DNA of 64,000 nucleotides. Source: Tubulanus polymorphus. Lineage: Eukaryota; Animalia; Nemertea. The notes below the pieces were generated by a model. It saw nothing but the letters and a program-made list of their open reading frames with translations. It had not been told where the DNA came from and made no database searches. Made by a program: the position numbers and the translations under genes. The stretch spans positions 8,160,812 through 8,224,811 of the forward strand of contig NC_134036.1 in the NCBI RefSeq assembly GCF_964204645.1, given 5' to 3'. Positions 26,165 to 34,760 of the stretch are shown here, piece after piece (position 1 is the stretch's first letter; every line of letters starts with the position of its first letter).

Positions 26165-26283
26165 AGGGTTGAGGTATCAATGTATTAGATACCCCATTAG
26201 ATACCCTAATACCATGTATTAGATACCCTATTAGATACCCTAATACCATGTATTAAATACGTATTAATGGTATTAAATACATA
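26165..26283. repeat. Array of near-palindromic 11-mers GTATTA(A/G)ATAC
   Basis: Follows GGGTTGAGGT; the last 36 nt are identical to the end of the array at 32661-32812. Confidence 0.85.
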
Positions 26284-26996
26284 TTATGCTTTATTTCTGA
26301 AAATGAAGTAACAGAAGTAATTTATGTTTTAATTCATTCAAGTATGATATTGTAAATTCTTTACATTTGACTAGGATAATACAAGAGTGATATTAGTTAG
26401 TTGGCTTATTCAGTAAGAGAAACAATGAAATAATACTAGAGTGATACTAACAGTTAAAGTTATTGAATTTCTTGTTAAATCTATTTGAATTCTAGTCAAT
26501 TCTTGTTAACCAATAGCGCGAATAGAAATTAAAAAGATTTAAATAAAAAAAACAATAAGTTACATCAGTTAGAACCTTTATTATTTTTTAATTACTTCTG
26601 AGACTACAATTTCCATATGAATATAAATTTATAAAATAAAATCCTAATTCAAAGTATTATATAATTCACTGTATATTGATGGATGAGTGGATGAATTGGA
26701 TGAATTGGATGAATTGGAAGAGTGGATGAATGGAAGAGTGTAATAATATATAATTTACATATGTTTTTTATTTTTAAAACAGTAAGAGTTTGATTTGAAG
26801 ATGTCATATAATAATAAATATATTTTTATAAAATAATAAAATGACAGATAATAAATGTCATATAATAATAAATATATTTTTATAAAATGATAAATAATAA
26901 AATGATAAATAATAAAATGATAAATAATAAATATATTTTTATAAAATAATAAATAATAAAATGAGTAAAGTTGTAAAACTTTATTTAATTAATTCA

Positions 26997-27194
26997 CTAA
27001 TCTGATTCAATAACTTTTTTATGATTATTTTTATTTCCATTTAATTTTTTCAATTTCTTGCTCAATTTTATATTTTCATTCATCAAATCCTTACTGATAT
27101 TTTCATAATAAAAGAAAAGCGCAGCCAATATTAATCCGCCTGCTACAAGATAATGTTTCAAATCACTTTTCCCAGTTGGGATGAAACCATCCAT
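26997..27194 (-). CDS. ORF3 (arm B): small membrane protein
   Basis: Identical to arm A for the first 45 aa, then a divergent tail ending KKVIESD. Confidence 0.7.
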   Translation of the reverse strand: MDGFIPTGKSDLKHYLVAGGLILAALFFYYENISKDLMNENIKLSKKLKKLNGNKNNHKKVIESD

Positions 27195-27210
27195 TTATTT
27201 GAGAGAAAAA

Positions 27211-29442
27211 TTAAAATTTTTGCTTGTGCGTAATCAATTTTATCACCTGATATTCTGTTATATTATTCTTGATCATTTCTTTATCGAAAAATTCATTTGA
27301 TATGTAAATATTTTCATCATTATGAATTAAAATTAGATGACGCAATTTATTTCTAAAATATCTAGGATTAATGAAATCAATATTATATTCAGAATTATCT
27401 TTCAATAGTTCTAAACGCTCGCATTGCTTAATTTTCATATTGTTAAGTTTCATTTTTCTTAAATAATCAGATTCTTTACGTATATCACATACATTTGTGA
27501 AATCATTAGAATTTATCTTTAAATATTCAGTATAATTTTTCATCAATTCAAAATCCATTTTATCAATTATTTCAAAATGATCGTGTGTTATCTTCTTTAC
27601 TTGGAAAATAGGTTTTTCTAATTTTGATAAAATAAAGTGTCTATCAGGGCTATGAACGCCTATTTTTAACTTTTCGATGATTTTTTCGATCGAAGACAAT
27701 TCAAAATAATTATTATTTAATACGTCTAATTGTAATGTTTTTATCAATAATTCTCTTAAATCAGTAGTAGTTTCATAAAAGCCTTGATCTGTTAAAATAT
27801 AACTGAAATAAAGATCTGTTATACATTTACATTGAGTTGAAAAACCTCTAATTTCAAAAATTGTATTATTGTCAATTCCAGATATTTTAGGAGTATAATC
27901 ATTTAATTTTACTTCAGGAATTATTTCAAGTTTTTTAAATTCTGTCTCAAATAATTCATTATCAATATCTAATTGTTGCTTTAATTCATTACAAATTTTA
28001 TTTCTATTTTCATCTATATCTTCTTGTAATTGTTTAACTTCTTTCATTTCTTCTAACTTTTTAAATTCACTTTTAGATAATAATTTTAAATCAAAATCTT
28101 CTTCAATATCAAGTGCATCTAATTTATAAAAAGGTTTAGATTTTATATTGTATCTCTTTTTTAAAGTTGTAAAACTAATTCCTGTTTCACGTAATTTAAA
28201 TCTAAATATAAATTTATTCAATACTGTAAACATTGAATTAGTTGAAGATATAACAGTTGCTCCTTCAGTTTTAATATATTTTTTTGCTTCAATAATGAAT
28301 TCTGATTTATCATCATTTTGATTAATTGTTAGGTATAAACATGGGATATTCTTAATTGTAAACATTGATAAAATAAGTAAAAAGGAGGACTCTTCAATAT
28401 TTTTACTTATCCTAGATTTATATCCTATAAATTTCCTTGCTAATGAATCACCATAATAACAGAAATAACAGCATTTTTCAATCAAATCATAAATACATAC
28501 AGTCTGTTGAACCTCATCAAATAATGATTTAAGTTGTAAATATGTAGGTGAATAGTAAATATTTTCTTTTTTTAAGTATTTTTTTATTTTTTCCATCACT
28601 TTTAATCCTCTTTTAAATGAAATACTTGTTATTTCAATTCTAATCAATCCTGTTTCAATTGATTTTTCAAATGATTCTTTTAACCTCTCTTGATAGCAAT
28701 TTATGTAACTCATTAAATTTGAACCGAAATTTATATTTACACCAGGAGATTTGAATTGACATGCTGTTTTATTATAGATCTTTATTTTATCATCCTTATG
28801 TAATGCTGAAACACATCTATTGGAAAATTCTTTTAGAATTTTATATTTTCTATTTTCGAACATTGATTTTATTTCATCTGAATTAAATGATCCTTTAAAA
28901 TCTTGTGTCACATCTACATCTAATATATTGTAATTTTTTTCGTTTAATAATTTTTCAATATTATCCATTTTCTGTATTAATTCATTTAAATTTTGATTGC
29001 ATAATGAAATTTTAAATACAGCAATATAATCTGTTAATTTTAATTCTTGATTAATTCTACTTAATATATATGATTTTGAATTATCATCATGAATTGTTAA
29101 AACACGTGTAATTTTTATAGCTAAGTTATCCAATATAATATCTCCTTGATTAAAACATTCTTTAATTTCATAATGTGTTATCTTTCTCTGATTAATGTTT
29201 AGAAAAGTTGTTCTATTTTCTTTTATAATTTCTTTTTCTAACATGATTTTATATAGCATTATATTATCGCAAAATATATCTGATGTTTTAATTAATTCAT
29301 TATTTTCAGATTTATAATACTTATTTATATTTACTCCTGAAATATCTGCTAAATTATTGTTAACAGTTAAATAATATAATATTGAATTTATATATTTATT
29401 ACTCATGTCTTTCGCGGGAACTTTAATTAATCTTGTGCACAT
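27211..29442 (-). CDS. ORF2 (arm B): 743-aa putative Rep_trans-like replication initiator/nickase
   Basis: Open frame with ordered motifs ILDNLAI (D105), LDVDVTQDF (D177/D181), KIKIYNK (Y223), LIRIEIT (R268/E270); an 86-bp deletion removes the last ~16 codons relative to arm A. Confidence 0.65.
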   Translation of the reverse strand: MCTRLIKVPAKDMSNKYINSILYYLTVNNNLADISGVNINKYYKSENNELIKTSDIFCDNIMLYKIMLEKEIIKENRTTFLNINQRKITHYEIKECFNQGDIILDNLAIKITRVLTIHDDNSKSYILSRINQELKLTDYIAVFKISLCNQNLNELIQKMDNIEKLLNEKNYNILDVDVTQDFKGSFNSDEIKSMFENRKYKILKEFSNRCVSALHKDDKIKIYNKTACQFKSPGVNINFGSNLMSYINCYQERLKESFEKSIETGLIRIEITSISFKRGLKVMEKIKKYLKKENIYYSPTYLQLKSLFDEVQQTVCIYDLIEKCCYFCYYGDSLARKFIGYKSRISKNIEESSFLLILSMFTIKNIPCLYLTINQNDDKSEFIIEAKKYIKTEGATVISSTNSMFTVLNKFIFRFKLRETGISFTTLKKRYNIKSKPFYKLDALDIEEDFDLKLLSKSEFKKLEEMKEVKQLQEDIDENRNKICNELKQQLDIDNELFETEFKKLEIIPEVKLNDYTPKISGIDNNTIFEIRGFSTQCKCITDLYFSYILTDQGFYETTTDLRELLIKTLQLDVLNNNYFELSSIEKIIEKLKIGVHSPDRHFILSKLEKPIFQVKKITHDHFEIIDKMDFELMKNYTEYLKINSNDFTNVCDIRKESDYLRKMKLNNMKIKQCERLELLKDNSEYNIDFINPRYFRNKLRHLILIHNDENIYISNEFFDKEMIKNNITEYQVIKLITHKQKF

Positions 29443-29483
29443 TTATATATCAAATTCAAAAAGAGTTAGAGTTCGCTGAAACC

Positions 29484-29867
29484 TTACGCTTTAAAATATT
29501 TTTTTACCCTTATTGGTCTTTTATTGTTTAATTTATTTTTTATTCTTTTAATTGTCTTCTGTTTCTTATCGTTATCATTATCAAAATAATCTTCACCTAA
29601 AATATCATTATTCTTATTTCTAATATGACTTATAGATTTTAAATGTTCTTTATAATATCCTTTATCACTGAATGATTGATTACATGTATCACATTTGTAT
29701 GTTTCTTTTTCATTCTTTAATTCTTCTAATTTAGTTTCTAATATATCATCCTTATACTCTAGTTTCAATTTATTCTCTAAATGTGTTATAGTTTTATTGT
29801 GTCTTGCTTTTTGAGACTTGTCTATATCGATATTACATGTTGGGCAGTAGTATTTATTTGCTTCCAT
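29484..29867 (-). CDS. ORF1 (arm B): double C2H2 zinc-finger protein
   Basis: One amino-acid difference from 22770-23153. Confidence 0.8.
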   Translation of the reverse strand: MEANKYYCPTCNIDIDKSQKARHNKTITHLENKLKLEYKDDILETKLEELKNEKETYKCDTCNQSFSDKGYYKEHLKSISHIRNKNNDILGEDYFDNDNDKKQKTIKRIKNKLNNKRPIRVKKYFKA

Positions 29868-29944
29868 TTTAATACTATATTTTTTATTAAAATTGATTTT
29901 AGAAGTTCTATGATTTAAATGTTATTCATATATGTGAATATTTT

Positions 29945-30139
29945 TAAGAGTAATGGGGGTTTAGTTGTTTCAGGTTAAAGGTTGAACGGGCGGGTGAGTA
30001 AAAAATGAAAATAATAATAATTTACAGTTGAATTGGGAGTGTGTGCGACTAATTCAACTGTAATTATTATTATTTTCATTTTTTACGAGCTCGACCGTTC
30101 GACCTTTGATCTGAAACAACTAAACCCCCATTACTGCTA
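29945..30139. other. Right terminal imperfect hairpin
   Basis: Reverse complement of the left hairpin, including its internal mismatches and loop. Confidence 0.95.
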
Positions 30140-30462
30140 ACGCCCCCCACCTCTAGAGGCGTAAGAATGTATTTCGTAGAAATCTAATCCAGGACTCCAA
30201 GAAGGCAAAGAGGTTCGCACTTCTTTTCTCGCTAAATTTTACATCTTTGGCCTGTCCTCCGTGTATCAATCAGTAACCTCACGATAACTAAACAATGCCT
30301 AAGCTATTGCCGCTAAATGTGACCTACACCTTCAAACACTGCCAATCAATATTCGATAGAATAAATAAACTGAGGGATATGTATCATTTTTGTTTTTTCT
30401 ATAGATATGATGTTCACGTACAACTTACGTGGATCATAGGAAAAATCAAATGAAAAGTCTAG

Positions 30463-32812
30463 TATTTTTGAAGTAATTGGGAATATGGGGGTTCATACCA
30501 AAGGTCGAGCTCGTAAAAAATGAAAATAAATTCTCGCACGCTCGAATTTATTTATTTTTTTACTCACTCGCCCCTTCAACCTTTGTTATGAACCCCCATA
30601 TTCCCGATTACTCTAAAATATTCATGTTTTAAAAGTGAGAGTAAAATTTTAGCATAATAACCTAGAAAAAATAAGATCAAATATAGATTTCAGCAATAAA
30701 AAATCAATTTTAAACATAAAAAGTGTGAGTAAAGTGTGAGTGAAATAATTCATATTTAAAACAGCGAATATTTATATTTATATGAGTTAAATTCTTGTTT
30801 TTAAACATCAAAACTGTGAGTGAAATAGTTCATATTTTAACATTGAATAATTGTATGAGTTAGATTTACTTTAATAAAAGTTTTGTTATAAAAATGAAGA
30901 CAGAAGAAGAAGAACCTAAATTCAAAATCGAAATAAAAGAAACCAATAAATTATTTTCATAGTTTATCATTAGAAAATATATTTCAGCAACAAATTTAGT
31001 GTCCGCAAGATATTATAAAATTGATAATATTACTGTTATTAATCAAATATTATCAAATGAAACATATTTAATTACTGAACTGGTAGATACTTTTGATAAT
31101 GGAATCAAAAATCCTAAAATATTTAATACAGTTTTAAATTTTGAAGGAACTTTAGATGAAAACATAATAAATATTCTTAATATTCCTTTCAGTGAAAGAA
31201 AAAGTGATAAAATACTTTCAAAAGATTATGATGATTTGATTAACTTAAGAATTGAAAAAAGACAATGATAGTATTTCAATTTTGATAATAAACAAATTAT
31301 CTATAATGAAAATTCATCAAATATTGGAATTCAATGAGAATCAGTTAACGATAATTCATATAAAGATGTTGCAGTTCAATGTAACTTAGATGATGAATTT
31401 AGAAAATTCAATCCTAATGAAAAAGTGTATTGTTATTGCGGAGGTAAATATTAAAGATCACATAAATCAAAACATTATCAAACAGTTCAACATATCGAAT
31501 ATGAAAAGAATAATAAACATATATTGAAAAAAGATTAAGCTCTTTGTTTCAAATATATAATAGTTAAAACATTGAGGCTAGTTAATGAATAACTGTAAGA
31601 CTGTAAGTTTAAATGTTATTTGATTTGAAACAAATAAAAGTTTAATATTTATAAAATTGTTAAATATTTATCAATTTATTAATTTTTTTCTTAAATAAAT
31701 AAATGTATGATTTCAACATACCAACCGGAAGTTGTGATTTGAAACATTATCTTATAATGAATGAAAATATTAAATTGAGTAAAATGTTAAAGAAGTTAAA
31801 TGGAAACAATCATCGAAATAAAAAAGTTATTCAATCAGGTTAGTGAATTAATCGAATAATTAAATGAGTGAAAATATATTAAATTTATTACACCTTATAT
31901 ATGATTATCAACAGAATATTTAGTTAATCATTATGGTTTCAGGTTTATTTTCTTTTTCAGTTTATAGTTTGAAACAGTTGTTAGAATTCTATGATAACTG
32001 CAAAATTAAAAATACAGAATTAAAAGATAATATAAATTATATCTCAGATAGATTGAATAATATTGAGTGTTGTGAAATATGCAATAAAAATATGAAAATA
32101 AAAAGAGTTTGAGAAATCATAGATATATTCACGAATTAAATGATTGGTTACATGATTCAAATTAAGCATTATACTGTTAAATTGGCTGAAATTTGTAAAA
32201 ATGAATAAATTATATGTTTTCACTTAAATTTCTATACTTAGATTAATAATTTTATTTATAATTTGTACAAAACTTTTTATATATGTATGTACGATAGGTA
32301 CGAGTAAGAATCCAAGATTCTTGCCAAGAAAGTAAGAAATCTTGGATTCTTTGATTAATACTCGTGCCTCTCGTAGCTAGATATATAAATAGTGTTATCA
32401 TATATATTTCTGTTTCAATATTTATTTATCTCACAGATTTATTATAAATATTTGGAAAAGTATAAATCATATTCAATTATATATTCACTTTTATCATTAT
32501 TAAAAGAGGATTGCAATGAATCCATTAGATTGTTAAACTGTTTAAGTATTAAATTGCATAGATTGTATATTCATAAACTAAATGATAAATAACGAATCAG
32601 ACTGGTGAATTGGGGGAAAATATCAAATATTGGCTGAAATATTAGTTAATTGAAAAAGGGGGGGTTGAGGTGTTAATGTATTAAATACGTATTATGTACG
32701 TATTCATGTATTAAATGCGTATTAAATACGTATTTGATACGTATTAATGTATTAAATGCGTATTAAATACGTATTAATGTATTAAATACGTATTAATGGT
32801 ATTAAATACATA
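30463..32812 (+). mobile_element. Unit C: diverged, Rep-less (non-autonomous) relative of the hairpin element
   Basis: Own hairpin (core 30472-30612), a decayed zinc-finger ORF (30894-31538), the last codons of Rep (VSLNVI*), decayed ORF3 (31703-31843) and ORF4 (31864-32165), and the terminal GTATTAAATAC array. Confidence 0.8.
30894..31538 (+). pseudogene. Decayed ~215-codon ORF with C-terminal CxCGGxY...H-x5-H zinc finger
   Basis: Single frame with several stops; ends EKVYCYCGGKY*RSHKSKHYQTVQH. Confidence 0.55.
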
Positions 32813-32819
32813 AAAACAA

Positions 32820-34760
32820 ATGCAATGTTAGAGCTGCAGGGGAAGCATTTCACCCTCTGGGCTTCCCCTCTCAACACCGTGGTCGACCTTTTTTCGCAGG
32901 ATCTTGGCCATGAGCGAAACTGCTATATTTTCCTTCCGTTTTTTTCTGGTGGGTGCCGTTTTACGTTTCCTTGGTAAACGCACGATTTTCGTCGAAAGAT
33001 TTTAGACGTTTAGCTGTCAAAGGTGACAAAGGGGCTCTCTTGTACCCAAATAAAGGAGGTTTCAGGTTAGATGGAAAGGGCCAGCCGTGCGACTTATTTG
33101 TAGCCCGTTTCTAGGCTGTTATGTTTGTATGTACGTGTGTTCTTCCTTATTAAACGTTACCACTAAATGTCTACCTTTGTTCTTATCTTTGTTTGTAGCT
33201 TTCGGCAAGGGTTTTCTCACCTGATATTGAAGAGCGATTGATACAGCTAGAGCAATCGTCCGTCGCTACGAAATATGGTAGATAAATGGGTGGCTGCGTG
33301 CGGGCATTTGCAGAATATCTATCCGAAGAAAGAGTAAATCGCTCGATTTTCGACGCCACACCGAGAGACATATGCGCTTTTCTCGTTTCCAAAGACAAGA
33401 AGGGGAAAACAATCGTACACCCAAGAGTTTGCCCATTGCCTCCTTGCAAGGGAAACAACGGTTGTCTCTGTCCAAAACGCCTTGCTGCAGCTACTGTAGA
33501 CTCATATATCGGCCAACTTAGGGCGCACTTTAACGAGATTGGTAGGGTAGGGGACTGGCAACCGCTTTCGGGCAGGGGTAATCCCGCTGCCTCTCCCTAT
33601 GTTTTGGGTTTCCTGAGGGCTATTAAGCGCGAGCAGGCTAACGCAGGTCTTGTTCCAATTCAAGCAGTTGTTCCGATTCAAGCAGTTCCTCTACTTCCAA
33701 AGAAGTTTAATTCGCTAATGTCGGGAATCGAGAAACTCGCCCGGGGGGACTCCCGGACGGATTCAAGAAGATTTATCCTCGCTAGAGATGCCGCATTTTT
33801 TAAATTTCTTATTTGGTCCGGAGATAGGGGTTCGGATCTTGGAAGGCTAGCTTCTAAGGAGGTTCTTGTTAGCAGGGACGGTAAGCAGTTAGTTTTGAAT
33901 TTAACCTTTGATAAAACTCTGCGGAGCGCGAGGAAGTCCATCATCTTAAAAGACTTGGATGACACAACACTTTTCCCTGTCCTAGGTATCTCAAGTTACT
34001 TGGCTACTTGTAATACGCTTGGAATAAACATAGATTGTGTTTTTTTTTTCTTCCGGGTTACGAATCTTAAAGGTGAGATAGTGAATAAACCCTTTGTGGA
34101 CTCGGCTATTTCCAATCGTTTGAAGTTTTACCTTATATAATTTAATATCGATGATGTGGAAACATTGCACAGCTTTAGAGCATCGGAGGTAGCCTCATAT
34201 ATAGGATGGAAGGGTCCGGGCATGGCATCTTATTATTCCAGTATGGAAAAAGTTATGACGGTGTCAGCTTCAGCTGCAGTGTCACAGTCAGCATTATCGG
34301 GCGAGAGAGCAACTGAGTTGAATAGCTACCTTGGTAGTTATTCAACTCGTATTCAAAACGTATTCCTATATAGAGCTCTGAGTCGATTAAACGTGTGAAT
34401 GGATATCAATGAAAACGACGGCAAAACGTATGTATGCTTTCGGGTTTTTCGCCTATTTCGTTCTAACGCGCCTGACGCATTTTTTTCAACTTGTTTTCCG
34501 ACAGAAAATGTTGATTTGACTTGTTTTTTTTTATTTAGGGGTGGGGTGAGAATTGGGGTTTTGAGAGTTGGGGATATTTAGTTTGGGGTTAGGGAGTATG
34601 TGGCGTGGTATTTGAGGGATGTTTCCCTGGTTCCTTCCCCGAACCTTAATATCTGCAGTATACCGCACAACGGGGGGTGAGAATATTATATTATATAGAG
34701 CTCTGAGTCGGTTAAACGTGTGAATGGATATCAATGAAAACGACGGCAAAACGTATGTAT
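32820..34760 (+). mobile_element. 3' part of a DIRS-order (Ngaro/PAT-like) tyrosine-recombinase retrotransposon with split direct repeats
   Basis: Methyltransferase-like remnant (VDLFSQDL...NCYIF), YR ORF, and 69-bp direct repeats at 34367-34435 and 34692-34760. Confidence 0.75.
33286..34398 (+). pseudogene. Tyrosine recombinase of a DIRS-order element (disrupted)
   Basis: RLAAATVDSYIGQLR, GNPAAS, RDAAFF...GDRGSDL (catalytic R), TLHSFR (HxxR), IGWK...MASYY. Confidence 0.8.

Larger units (their letters stand above)
22493..30144. mobile_element. Unclassified AT-rich element with ~3.2-kb inverted arms, terminal hairpins and a putative Rep_trans-like initiator
   Basis: 22493-~25690 is the near-identical reverse complement of ~27060-30144; sharp drop to ~20% GC; compact intronless ORFs; 195-nt hairpins at both outer ends; no TSD seen. 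Confidence 0.85.

Noticed and set aside
22493-30144. Assembly fold-back artefact
   Set aside because: The arms carry private substitutions and 22-bp and 86-bp indels, the centre is ~1.3 kb of unique sequence, and an independent diverged relative (unit C) shares the architecture; long reads would still be the final test.
22493-32812. Polinton/Maverick, Helitron, parvovirus EVE or Foldback transposon
   Set aside because: No pPolB, retroviral integrase, capsid, clear HUH motif, SF1/SF3 helicase Walker motifs, DDE transposase or TSD recognisable.
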